NCBI GenBank assembly: GCA_044345405.1
Contig: JBIJBE010000027.1
Span: 1 to 47,039, forward strand
Reading direction: 5' to 3'
Origin: Bdellovibrionota bacterium
Lineage (GTDB): Bacteria; Bdellovibrionota_C; UBA2361; OMII01
DNA: 47,039 bases
Below the pieces are notes generated by a model. That model was not told where the DNA came from. It saw nothing but the letters and a program-made list of their open reading frames with translations, and did no database searches. This document shows positions 38,108 through 47,039 of the stretch, in pieces (position 1 is the first letter of the stretch; every line of letters begins with the position of its first letter). The translations under genes and the position numbers were made by a program.

Positions 38108-39430
38108 TCACGCTGATTCTGTTGGCTCTTCCGTCGGCAGAACCTTCACGAGCACCGTATCTACGCTCCCTCGGGAGGTCTTGAGCACCCGGTACGAGTA
38201 GGTTCCATCCTCACAACTCTCCCCCACCTCAGGGATCCCACTGAAGAGGATATTGAGAAAGCCGGCTACCGTTGAGTACTCAGGTGACTCGGGAAGCTGT
38301 ACCGGAAGGTACGCGTTCACATCCAAGATCGAGGCGTGCGCGTTGACGATAAAATCTCCCTCTTTGCGCTTCTCAACGACGGGGCGCTCATCATCGTACT
38401 CATCCTGAATCTCTCCGACGAGCTCCTCAACGATATCCTCCAGTGTGATCAAGCCGGAGGCCACACCGAATTCATCTACCACAATCGCCATGTGGCTCCG
38501 CTTGTTTTGAAGCTCACGTAAGAGAGAACCGATCTTCTTCGTCTCGGGAACAAAGAGCGCGGGACGCATGATCTGCGAGACATCGATCGGCTGTTTGTCG
38601 AGTACCCGACGCAGGAGTTCCTTTTCATGCAGGATTCCAACCACGTTATCCTTAGTGCCTGAGTATACCGGCACTCGCGAGTACCCCTCCCGTGAGATAA
38701 GGGTCAACGCCTCATCCACCGGCGTCGCGATATCGATCGCGGCCATCTGCGGGCGTGGGACCATAACTTGGCGAACGACACGCTCATCGAACTTAAAGAC
38801 CTTCTCGATTAACTCGTGCTCGGTCTTTTGAATCGCCCCCTCTTCACCACTCTGCGCGCTCTCGGCGAGAAGAAGTCGGAGCTCCTCCTCGGTGTGCGTA
38901 TCCTCTTCAGACTGAACCTTGATCCCGAGCGGTGTGAGGATGAGCCAGGTCAGTCCGTTAATCACCCATACAAGGGGCGCCGTCGCCACCGCGAAAAACT
39001 TGAGCGGAATTGCGCAGACATAGGTCAGCTCTTGCGGATAGTAGATCGCCGCGTACTTCGGCACCGCCTCACCGAACACAAGGTGAAGAACGGTGATGAG
39101 AATAAATCCAACCGGGACAGCGATCTTATGAGCGAGCGCTTCAGAGAGCGGAAGTCCTATCGCGCCGGCTCCTTGAACGAGGAACTCGGCCACGACCGGC
39201 TCACCGACCCAACCGAGCGCGAGACTCGCGAGGGTGATTCCGATCTGAGCGGCAGAGAGATACTTGTCGAGCTTGTCGAGCATTCCCTGCGAAATCTTAG
39301 CGACCTTGCTGCCAGCAGCTACATCCGCTTCAACAGCGGAGTAACGGACCTTAATGATCGCGAACTCAGCGGCAACGAAGAAGGCGTTGAGAGCGATGAG
39401 AATAACTATGAGGACGACGCCGAGGAACAT
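38108..39430 (-). CDS. HlyC/CorC (CNNM-CBS-CorC) family Mg2+/Co2+ transporter
   Basis: NAFFVAAEFA, QIGITLASLALGW.GEP, GEAVPK, VMVPR, YSRVPVY, HMAIVVDEFG..GLITLEDIVEELVGEIQDEYD. Confidence 0.93.
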   Translation of the reverse strand: MFLGVVLIVILIALNAFFVAAEFAIIKVRYSAVEADVAAGSKVAKISQGMLDKLDKYLSAAQIGITLASLALGWVGEPVVAEFLVQGAGAIGLPLSEALAHKIAVPVGFILITVLHLVFGEAVPKYAAIYYPQELTYVCAIPLKFFAVATAPLVWVINGLTWLILTPLGIKVQSEEDTHTEEELRLLLAESAQSGEEGAIQKTEHELIEKVFKFDERVVRQVMVPRPQMAAIDIATPVDEALTLISREGYSRVPVYSGTKDNVVGILHEKELLRRVLDKQPIDVSQIMRPALFVPETKKIGSLLRELQNKRSHMAIVVDEFGVASGLITLEDIVEELVGEIQDEYDDERPVVEKRKEGDFIVNAHASILDVNAYLPVQLPESPEYSTVAGFLNILFSGIPEVGESCEDGTYSYRVLKTSRGSVDTVLVKVLPTEEPTESA

Positions 39431-39577
39431 ATTGTTCGCTAACTATATAGTATTTGGAATTTCTTTCTACTGGGGGATTCTAAGCCACTAACATCGTTCG
39501 GATTTAGGGCTATTCCTGTCGCATTTGGGTTCTAACAGGATGGTGATTGTGTCGGTGTGGCGGAAAGTCTGAAGAGA

Positions 39578-39693
39578 GGGAGGGCGACCGTCCTCCCTCG
39601 GCGTTGCTCGGGACAGGTCGGTCGCCGAAGGGTTACGCATCGCAAACGATCTTTACCTCACGCAACGCGGCGGTCAGGAATGACCGCCCTCCC
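39578..39693. repeat. REP inverted doublet with a 24-nt hairpin inserted in the left REP loop
   Basis: GGGAGGGCGACC-GTCC[39594-39617]TC-GGTCGCC, then a 42-nt spacer, then GGCGGTCAGGAATGACCGCCCTCCC (39669-39693). Confidence 0.85.
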
Positions 39694-39729
39694 GGGCACC
39701 GGGTCGGTACACCTTGTATTTTCGGTCCC

Positions 39730-40740
39730 CTACCCTATCCCCAACAACTCCCCAACCTCTTGCAACGCGATGAGCTGCTCACGCCAATATCGTTCGGAGC
39801 CGTAATCAACAAAGATCTGCTTGAAGGCGGGGTCTTCGTACCGCTTCGCGATCCAGGTGGTAAAGTGAATCATTCGTAGTGCTCGCAGCGGTTCAATGAG
39901 ACGCATCGAGCTATGGTCGAACGTCCGCATCATCTCGTAGCCCTCAAGGATAGTCCGGCGCTGTCGTTGCGCGGTTTCATCTCGCCCCGGTGTAAGGAGC
40001 CAGAGGTCTTGGACGCACGGCCCCTCGACGCTGTCGTCAAAATCGACGATGTAGCATCCCTTCGCGTGCCAGAGGATATTTCCGATGTGGCAGTCGCCGT
40101 GAATTCGCTGGGAACGAGTTTCTTTAAACCAGGGCTCACTCGCGCGAATAATGCGCTCAGCGACGCCGAGATAGTGCCCCTCAACGGAAGGGGGAAGAAG
40201 TTTGTTATCCTTCAGGTAGGCGAGGTTCGCGTGACCGTAGGTGTCAGTGGTCAACTTCATGCGGTGACGAAACGAACCGCTTGCGCCGACGTTGTGCAAA
40301 CGAGCAAGGAGGCGTCCGATCTGCATAAGCTCCGAATCCGACATCTCATCGAGAATTCGTCCACCAACCTTTGGGAAGATAGCGTAGAAGATGCCGGTAT
40401 CAGCGACCTCACCGAGGGTTCCACCATCTGGAAACTCAAGGGGAACCACAACTGGAATCTCTACGGCGGCGCACTCTTTGAGAAATTGATGCTCCTCGTG
40501 GATCTGCTCCTTGGTCCACCGACCTGGTCGATAAAATTTAATAACGCGATAGGCGTCCCATCTCCCTGCCCCCGGCTCAAGATCGATATCGAGCTCAACT
40601 TCGTACACACGGTTCTCAAGGCTGTTGAGGGCGAGAACTCTCCCAGTGCAACGGACCCCGAGGGACTCTACAGCCTCAAGCACCTTCTCGGGCGTGAGTT
40701 GAAAGAAGAATTGAGTGGCGGAGGGGGTGGGAGTCGTCAT
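39730..40740 (-). CDS. srkA: Stress response Ser/Thr kinase (YihE/RdoA)
   Basis: LALNSLENRVY, KFYRPGRW...I.EEH.F, RIHGDCHIGNILW, VDFDD..GPCVQDLW, LIEPLRALRMIH..WIAKR..DPAF. Confidence 0.93.
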   Translation of the reverse strand: MTTPTPSATQFFFQLTPEKVLEAVESLGVRCTGRVLALNSLENRVYEVELDIDLEPGAGRWDAYRVIKFYRPGRWTKEQIHEEHQFLKECAAVEIPVVVPLEFPDGGTLGEVADTGIFYAIFPKVGGRILDEMSDSELMQIGRLLARLHNVGASGSFRHRMKLTTDTYGHANLAYLKDNKLLPPSVEGHYLGVAERIIRASEPWFKETRSQRIHGDCHIGNILWHAKGCYIVDFDDSVEGPCVQDLWLLTPGRDETAQRQRRTILEGYEMMRTFDHSSMRLIEPLRALRMIHFTTWIAKRYEDPAFKQIFVDYGSERYWREQLIALQEVGELLGIG

Positions 40741-41047
40741 GCTCAGAAGAGTAGCTCTAAGCTCATGGGAACACAAAGGACAGGCGCTCGAGGGCAGGCC
40801 TGCTCGCGCTCGGTGGTAGATGCGACATACAAAGGGTGATTTCCACCGCAAGGGACACAAAGGCTAGGGCGGTTTCGCTTCACTCAATGCCCGTACGGAG
40901 GTGCCAATCGAGTAGTATGACGGATTTTAAGCCTATAAACCCCTGAATCGCCGTCCCGGAACCTCAACTTTTTCGGGTAATTTCTGGGGCCTACCGCATC
41001 CTAACAGCAGGACTTTTATATGTGTCGACCCTACCCGCGAGGTTTTC

Positions 41048-41929
41048 ATGAGTCATAACGCTGACGAAACAAACAATCTTCTTGGTGCTCTCGTGCAGCA
41101 CGCCGCGATGCTCCAAGGCCAGATGGCTGAGATGCAGCGCAAGCTCGATGTCGCCACGGAAACTATCCGTTCAAACGCTGACCGTTTTAATAGACTTGAG
41201 CAGGACATCTTCATGCTTGAGGATCCCTCCTCTATCGTGCGCAAGCCGAGTCCGTATCGACTGACGACCGGACATCCGGTGGCGGTTCATAGCGATGACC
41301 ACAAATTTCCTCTCGGCACCGCGCAGGATAACACACGCTATCCTCGCTTCATCGCAAAGTGCGAAGAGGTTTTAGGCGGACCGATCAACGCGCTCGACCT
41401 TGGCTGCGCTGGGGGAGGATTGGTGCTGGACTTCCTGAGCAAAGGACACGAGGCGATGGGTCTCGAGGGAAGCGATCATCCGAAAAAGAATCAACTCTTT
41501 CAGTGGAAATGGCTCAAGGATCGTTTACACACCTGTGATATCACGAAGCCGTTTCACATCACCACGTCCAGTGGCACACACGCTCGCTTTGATGTGGTTA
41601 GCATGTGGGAGGTTCTTGAGCACATCGAGGAGAAAGATCTCCCTCAGCTTTTCAGAAACGTTAAGACCCACCTGAGCAGTCGTGGAATCTTCTGCGCCTC
41701 AGTGGCAACCTTCGAATGCAGCGACCCGACAACCGGCGCGGTGTGGCACAAGACTGTTAAGCCTCGCGCGTGGTGGCACGAGCAGCTTACGAAAGCGGGA
41801 CTCGAACCCGTAGAGACGCTCTTTACCGTGCGCGACTTTCCTCGCGGATCAGGAAATGGGCCGCAGGATTGGGACGAGTTGAGGAATCCGGAGATGGGGT
41901 TCCATATCGTTGCTATTCACAAGGCCTAA
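41048..41929 (+). CDS. Class I SAM-dependent methyltransferase with N-terminal coiled coil
   Basis: LDLGCAGGG, GLEGS, CDITKPF, FDVVSMWEVLEHI. Confidence 0.85.
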   Translation: MSHNADETNNLLGALVQHAAMLQGQMAEMQRKLDVATETIRSNADRFNRLEQDIFMLEDPSSIVRKPSPYRLTTGHPVAVHSDDHKFPLGTAQDNTRYPRFIAKCEEVLGGPINALDLGCAGGGLVLDFLSKGHEAMGLEGSDHPKKNQLFQWKWLKDRLHTCDITKPFHITTSSGTHARFDVVSMWEVLEHIEEKDLPQLFRNVKTHLSSRGIFCASVATFECSDPTTGAVWHKTVKPRAWWHEQLTKAGLEPVETLFTVRDFPRGSGNGPQDWDELRNPEMGFHIVAIHKA

Positions 41930-41935
41930 GGGCGG

Positions 41936-43423
41936 TTATTTGTTGCAGAGGTCCAGACACGCCTTCATATACTGCCCCTGGTAGGCGGAGTTTTGAGCCA
42001 CACAACTCTTGAGCTCCTGATTCGCGCTGCTCTGCCATTGAAATGCTTTAGTGCAGCATTCAGCGCATCCCCGACTGAACCAGTTATTAAGGCGCCCCTG
42101 CGTGTTACAAAAGGCACCTTGAGACTTGGCGACAAAGCTCGTCCTTTCGGCGCAGGTAGCACCCTGCTGCGGCACTTTTATGGTTTGCGTGCCTATAAGA
42201 AGGTCCTCCATAGAGCCACCGGTCATTGCCGACCCGGCCACATTTCCGGCGCCATAGCCCACGATGGGCGCTAATCCGATTAACGCGGCAGGCGCAGCAG
42301 CTCCAGTGACGACCGCTCCCGCACCGGCATACCCAGTTGCGCTTATGGCCATCCCCGCGCCCCCGACCAACATATAGGTTCCGCTCGCTGCCTGCGCGCC
42401 CGTGACGATTGTCTGGCCGGTCATCTGGCCAGGGGAAGACATCCCTCCACTCGATCCAATAAGAAGCATGGAGGACCCAGCACCATAGAGCTGCTCCGCT
42501 CCAAGCAACATGGGCCCTAACGCATCAACTACCGCGTACCAATTAGGATTCAACGGACGCGGACCAACGATGGCCCCCGTAGGCTTACTACCTATAGGCT
42601 TCGGCTTCGGCTTCGGTGGGTTCTTCATTATGTCTTCATACACCGACCAGTTATCCACAAAGGTCTGGATGATCTGACAATTAGGACATCGCGGTCGGGG
42701 ACGAGGCTTGCCCGAGGGGAAGATCTGCACGGCGGGCGCCGGCTCGCATTGGCGTCCATTTTTCCAAGCATCGAAATCGAGAAGGGTTTCGGCGCAATGA
42801 GCGTTATTGCAGGTCGCTTCCAAGTTAGCCTTGAAGTTCGGGTCCAGCTTTTCCAACATCTCAACGTACTGCTTGAGAGGGCCAGGTAACGCTAGGCCGC
42901 TCGACGGATCGCGTTTATACCTACACATGCCGAGAATGGTTTGTCGCCACTGACACGCGCGCCCTTCCGGCACCTCCAAATCGCACATAGGAATCCCCGT
43001 AGCGTATCCTCCCTGGCCATCGACCGGGCGAGAACCCGGCTCGAGAATATCCAGTCGGTATACGCCATTCCCCGTAAAGGTGATCGCGCAGTTATTCTTC
43101 TTACAATACTCCACTAACTGCGACATGTACGTCGCAATCTCCTCCTGGGTCGCGCAATTCTTAATTATTTCAATTCGATCTTTTTCAGGCAGGCTGTAAA
43201 TAAAATGCGGAATATAGCACCGAAGCGGATCAGGCACTCCCAGGTTCGTGTACACGTGCCCGTTACCAACGATGATCATCGGCACGATCCCCTGAGGAGG
43301 ACGTGGCAGATTCCCTGGCTTTACCTCATCAGCGAACGTCGAGAGAGAGCTCGAAAGCGATACGGCACATACGAAGAAGTAGATCCGGGCAATCGTTCGG
43401 AACAATCTGAGTGTGTCTTGCAT
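41936..43423 (-). CDS. Secreted Cys-rich modular protein; candidate deaminase-domain toxin
   Basis: Signal peptide (STFA-DE), HCAE at 42799-42788, PRCPNC with CPNC at 42688-42677, PKPKPKP linker, long Gly/Ala hydrophobic stretch and a Cys-rich C-terminus. Confidence 0.65.
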   Translation of the reverse strand: MQDTLRLFRTIARIYFFVCAVSLSSSLSTFADEVKPGNLPRPPQGIVPMIIVGNGHVYTNLGVPDPLRCYIPHFIYSLPEKDRIEIIKNCATQEEIATYMSQLVEYCKKNNCAITFTGNGVYRLDILEPGSRPVDGQGGYATGIPMCDLEVPEGRACQWRQTILGMCRYKRDPSSGLALPGPLKQYVEMLEKLDPNFKANLEATCNNAHCAETLLDFDAWKNGRQCEPAPAVQIFPSGKPRPRPRCPNCQIIQTFVDNWSVYEDIMKNPPKPKPKPIGSKPTGAIVGPRPLNPNWYAVVDALGPMLLGAEQLYGAGSSMLLIGSSGGMSSPGQMTGQTIVTGAQAASGTYMLVGGAGMAISATGYAGAGAVVTGAAAPAALIGLAPIVGYGAGNVAGSAMTGGSMEDLLIGTQTIKVPQQGATCAERTSFVAKSQGAFCNTQGRLNNWFSRGCAECCTKAFQWQSSANQELKSCVAQNSAYQGQYMKACLDLCNK

Positions 43424-43519
43424 ATCCGTCTCCCGCAGAGGGGTTCGGCATACCTGTAAGTTCGGTTTAGTATTCGCCGCTACAGGAAACACAAGAAACT
43501 CGTGGGGGAATCCCGGGAT

Positions 43520-43728
43520 GGCGACCAGTAGGAGTTTCCTCTACCTCCATTTCAAATCTGGAAGCGACCAGGAATGTCCGCCCTCCCGAGGCGCGATCTT
43601 GAGATCTGGGAGGACGGTCAGCTCGTCCCTCGTAGCGTAGCGAAGTGGGATACTGACCGCCGCGTTGCGTAAGGCGAAATACAGGTGCCTCGCGCGATAT
43701 CTCGGCGACCAGGCATGGTGGCCCTCCC
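43520..43728. repeat. REP cluster, including an inverted doublet with a ~30-nt hairpin inserted in one REP loop
   Basis: Units at 43520 (partial), 43563-43587, 43608-43661 (reverse, interrupted at 43621-43650) and 43704-43728; 42-nt spacer between the last two. Confidence 0.85.
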
Positions 43729-43732
43729 TACG

Positions 43733-44641
43733 CTACGCGTTTACTTTCGGTGTGTAGGTGACCTTCAGCCACATCGAAGATGAATCATCACCGATTGAGA
43801 TCTCTCCCCGGAACCCCTCGTTGGCCTGGATCTGTTCGATAACGCCGCCAAGGGAACCGGGCTCTTTTACTCGGAGTGCTCGGTTAAGAAAATTTTTAGC
43901 TCGTGAGAACTGCACAACGGACTTCACCCACTTCAGCCCTCCCGTTGCGAGAGGTGGTGCAACGAGCATGGCAGCCCCATAGCCGACCACAACTCCTAGG
44001 GCCGCAGCCGCCTCTCCAAAGGTGGCAAGGAGCAAATGATGCGTCGCCTGTCCCACCGCTATCGCGGTTGTGAAAAAACTGATCAGAAAACCAACAACTT
44101 GGCATGTCAGCTTCCATGCACTGGAAAAAATCGCACTCTCCGGCTGCGGAACCGTTCCGTGCTTCAGGTCATAGAAGTCGTAGAACACAGTGACCGATCC
44201 ATCAGGAGATCTCTCGAAGCTCGCGCTGTCTTCCCTTCTATCGAACAACTTGCGGAGGTCTTTCTCCATTTTACCCACAAGCTCAATCATGTCGTCCACC
44301 GCTGCCCTGGAGGCGCGCGGTGAAAGTCCGAATTTAGCCCGATCACTTGCTTGCCGAGCCTCCTCAGCGAGGTTCTCTTGATGTTTCCTATCCAATGTCT
44401 CGGCTAGGGGGCTACGGGAGGGACGTGAAGAAACGGTGGCGGTTGCAGTAGCAGAAGGTGCCGATTGCTCTTGCCCGACTGGAGCAGCACTCAAATCAGC
44501 ACGAACGCTCGCGCCGCTGAGCTCCTCAGATGGCCTACGGGGGAACTGAGTGTCCACTCCTCTCGCCACCGTCGCTCCATCCCCTCCGACGGCCTGTCTG
44601 CCCTTATCCTGATTGCTTGGCCCAGTTCCCTCTATGATCAT
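43733..44641 (-). CDS. Hypothetical protein: disordered N-terminus, coiled coil, bilobed hydrophobic segment
   Basis: ORF with a GGGGA RBS before ATG 44641; two adjacent TM helices. Confidence 0.7.
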   Translation of the reverse strand: MIIEGTGPSNQDKGRQAVGGDGATVARGVDTQFPRRPSEELSGASVRADLSAAPVGQEQSAPSATATATVSSRPSRSPLAETLDRKHQENLAEEARQASDRAKFGLSPRASRAAVDDMIELVGKMEKDLRKLFDRREDSASFERSPDGSVTVFYDFYDLKHGTVPQPESAIFSSAWKLTCQVVGFLISFFTTAIAVGQATHHLLLATFGEAAAALGVVVGYGAAMLVAPPLATGGLKWVKSVVQFSRAKNFLNRALRVKEPGSLGGVIEQIQANEGFRGEISIGDDSSSMWLKVTYTPKVNA

Positions 44642-44780
44642 ATCCCCCGTACAATGTGGCACACCAACGTGTGTTTCCAAGTCCGACCAGAGGGTACGAG
44701 ATTCCTCGGCGCTAGTTGCGCGATCCGCAACAATTGTCGCGTTTTTCTACTTTAAGTGGAACTTAGGGCCATGCGCCCCC

Positions 44781-45758
44781 CTACCTCACCCGCCGATACC
44801 CCAGCACCACGAGAAGGATAAACACCGGCCCACCAACGATCGCGGTGAAGACTCCGGCGGGAACCTCGAATGGTGGACGCACGATCCTTCCGAGGAGATC
44901 GCAGATTACGACGAGGATAGATCCTAAGAGGAATGAGAGTGGCACGACGACCTTGTGCCGAAGCCCAACTAACAAACGTGCACAGGCAGGGACCACGATG
45001 CCAACAAAGCCGATCACTCCACACTGCGCCACCACCCATCCAACGATGAGGGAGGAGAGGATGAAGGTGGTGTAGTACAACGGCGATACGGCCACCCCTT
45101 TGGTCGACGCGACGTCGTCACCGAAGAGTACGAGATCGAGCTCTCGGTGTTGCTTTAGAACGTAGATAAGGAACGCCGCGACTAACACCGAACCAACAGC
45201 GAGATCCATAGTGCTCACCGCGGGAATCCCACCCATCATCCACCGTGTCACACGAAAAAGCTGCGAGTAGTCGCTGATGTATTGAAGCATCGTTAAGATA
45301 CTGGAGCAGAGAAAACTGAACACGACTCCAACCAGTAAGAGTGAGTCCCCTGCCCCATCGCCGAGACGTCGGCTGATCGTCATGATGAACATGATACTCG
45401 CGAGCGCGCCGAGCATAGCGCTGGAAGCGACACCAAGTGGGCTCGACACCGCCATAAGTGAAAGTGACGCACCGAGCGCGGCTCCGGAGGAGACCCCTAA
45501 GGTAAAGGGGCTCGCTAAGGGATTACGGAAAAGGGTTTGGTACACCGCGCCAACGCTCGCGAGCGCACCACCTACGAGCACCGCGAAGAGCACGCGAGGC
45601 ACGCGCAGCTCAAGGATAACCAGGCGGGCGTCGGGCGAGGTGAAGAGATCGGCGAAGGGAACGCGCGACGCTCCGTACATCACGGCGAGGAGACACGTTA
45701 TCGCTAAGGCGAGGGCGCTTGCAAAGAACCAGAGGGATGTTCGTCGTTCAGTGTTCAT
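44781..45758 (-). CDS. Iron-chelate/cobalamin ABC transporter permease (FecCD/BtuC family)
   Basis: LRVPRV, QTLFRNPLASPFTLGVSSGA, GVIGFVGIVVP, EVPAGVFTAIVGGPVF. Confidence 0.93.
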   Translation of the reverse strand: MNTERRTSLWFFASALALAITCLLAVMYGASRVPFADLFTSPDARLVILELRVPRVLFAVLVGGALASVGAVYQTLFRNPLASPFTLGVSSGAALGASLSLMAVSSPLGVASSAMLGALASIMFIMTISRRLGDGAGDSLLLVGVVFSFLCSSILTMLQYISDYSQLFRVTRWMMGGIPAVSTMDLAVGSVLVAAFLIYVLKQHRELDLVLFGDDVASTKGVAVSPLYYTTFILSSLIVGWVVAQCGVIGFVGIVVPACARLLVGLRHKVVVPLSFLLGSILVVICDLLGRIVRPPFEVPAGVFTAIVGGPVFILLVVLGYRRVR

Positions 45759-45760
45759 GC

Positions 45761-46492
45761 CTATCCCGGAATGATAATCGATTCACCGGTACTCGGATGG
45801 GCTACCTTCGTGAAGGGGCATCCGTAGACCTCTTTCAGCATTGCGGGCAGTGCCTCGTCGGTCACCGAGCCATCCCACACGATCGCTCCCTGGCGCATCA
45901 TCACGATACGCTCAGCGAGACGAGTAGCGAGCGCCATGTCGTGCGTGACGAGAAGGTAGGAGATGCTCTTTTCACTATGATACCGCTGCAAGATCCGCTC
46001 AACCTCACTCCGTCCGGTCGGATCAAGGTGCGCTGTTGGCTCATCGAGGAGCACGAGCTTGGCTCGTTGGGCGATGGCCCCGACGAGAACGACCCGCTGC
46101 AACTCGCCGCCACTGAGGTCACAGAGGTGACGGTCAAGAAGTCCCGTAACCGTCAGGTCGAGATCACTTAGATCCCCAAGCTCACTAAGCTCAAGGAACT
46201 CCCGAACCGTAAAGCGGGGAACGAAGGGTAAGCGCTGCAACACCAAGCTTACGAGGCGCGAACGCTCCCGTGGTGAGAGAACCTTAATTTCTCGGCCCTC
46301 AATTTTTACCGATCCGGAGTACCGGGAATGGAGTCCCGCGATTACCTTGAGAAGGGAGCTCTTTCCGGCGCCGTTGGCGCCCACGAGCGCGACCTTTTCG
46401 CCATGCGAAATGGTAAGGTTGATATCACGGAGCAACGCGCGTCCACCAACGTTGAACGATACATCCTTAAGAGTGAGCAAGGGCTGCGTCAT
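45761..46492 (-). CDS. ABC transporter ATP-binding subunit (FecE/BtuD family)
   Basis: GANGAGKS, LSGGELQRV, LLDEPTAHLD, VTHD. Confidence 0.93.
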   Translation of the reverse strand: MTQPLLTLKDVSFNVGGRALLRDINLTISHGEKVALVGANGAGKSSLLKVIAGLHSRYSGSVKIEGREIKVLSPRERSRLVSLVLQRLPFVPRFTVREFLELSELGDLSDLDLTVTGLLDRHLCDLSGGELQRVVLVGAIAQRAKLVLLDEPTAHLDPTGRSEVERILQRYHSEKSISYLLVTHDMALATRLAERIVMMRQGAIVWDGSVTDEALPAMLKEVYGCPFTKVAHPSTGESIIIPG

Positions 46493-47039
46493 GACCGCTC
46501 CCGTTGTTCAAGAAGGTCGGCAAGCTTTTCCGCCAGATCGATATATCTTGGACCTGGAATACTCGCGAAGTCATCCGAGAGGGTAAAGATGCGAGAGTTC
46601 TTCACTGCGGGAACTTTTGGAAATCGATTCCACACCGCGGAGGGAGCCCCGTGAAGCGCGGGGTCATCAACATTGACGATTTCAACGATCGCCTCAGGCG
46701 CGAGCGCCATGAACCCCTCAGCAGAGAGCATCGGAACAGCGACGGTGGGGTCGGTATTAACGTTCTTCATTCCCAACAGTTCGATGACGCCGGTGTAGAA
46801 TCCATCCTTTCCTGAGACGTAGATCCCTGAGAGGGACTCTCCCTCATGCATGCGCCCCACGACAACGAGGGTTCTGTAGGATGGCGCGTTCACTCGCCTC
46901 GCGCGGAGCGCGCGCTCTCGCTCCTCTAAGGTGGCGAGCTTGTCACGGGCTCGTGATCCAACACCACACAGCTCACCGACCATCGCGATGCTTCGCTTTA
47001 TCCCTTCGACGGTTGTGTGGTCCACTTCGCTGGTCGAAA
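46489..47039 (-). CDS. Periplasmic substrate-binding protein (BtuF/helical-backbone type), 5'-truncated by the window
   Basis: LSAEG..ALAPEAIV, W......VPAVKNSRI, IPGPR; the frame is open to the window edge. Confidence 0.85.
   Translation of the reverse strand, partial: STSEVDHTTVEGIKRSIAMVGELCGVGSRARDKLATLEERERALRARRVNAPSYRTLVVVGRMHEGESLSGIYVSGKDGFYTGVIELLGMKNVNTDPTVAVPMLSAEGFMALAPEAIVEIVNVDDPALHGAPSAVWNRFPKVPAVKNSRIFTLSDDFASIPGPRYIDLAEKLADLLEQRERS

Noticed and set aside
39913-40839. 308-aa ORF antisense to srkA, and similar long antisense ORFs elsewhere
   Set aside because: These are expected shadows of GC-rich coding sequence and show no motifs.
43495-43504. GAAACTCGTG, matching the tip of the Y-element TIR, upstream of the toxin candidate
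   Set aside because: A 10-bp match is plausible by chance, and the rest of the TIR is absent.

Overview
GC-rich bacterial chromosome window. The gene content is suggestive of an uncultured Bdellovibrionota/Myxococcota-like lineage, but this is inference only. The housekeeping backbone is cysS, an ABC-F ATPase, photolyase, S8 protease, ribH, plsC, fliD, clpS-clpA, aquaporin, aat, carbamoyltransferase with an SxtJ-like partner, GT2, anmK, a CNNM/CorC transporter, srkA, an iron/B12-type ABC transporter and three tRNAs (Leu-CAA, Ala-GGC, Pro-GGG). The intergenic DNA carries much mobile and structured sequence. (1) An integrase-less integron remnant at 0.47-1.65 kb has an attI-like site, an intact DUF1963 gene cassette with a 55-bp attC and a truncated next cassette; a degraded integron-integrase N-terminus lies separately at 25.9-26.2 kb. 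(2) An array at 15.4-17.6 kb uses two small TIR-bounded elements to bracket cargo genes; one cargo has a ~245-nt structured leader complementary to its own 3' trailer. (3) A small GIY-YIG nuclease is followed by a 106-bp tandem hairpin repeat fused to the tRNA-Ala 3' end, and a related hairpin is inserted in the loop of a REP palindrome elsewhere. (4) There are three REP-doublet clusters and two hexamer-based inverted repeats. (5) A secreted Cys-rich protein has a CAE...CxxC deaminase-like motif followed by a Gly/Ala hydrophobic segment, making it a candidate modular toxin. (6) A divergent SAMHD1-like HD protein and an ORF6N pseudogene are also present. All calls come from reading the sequence; no searches were run.
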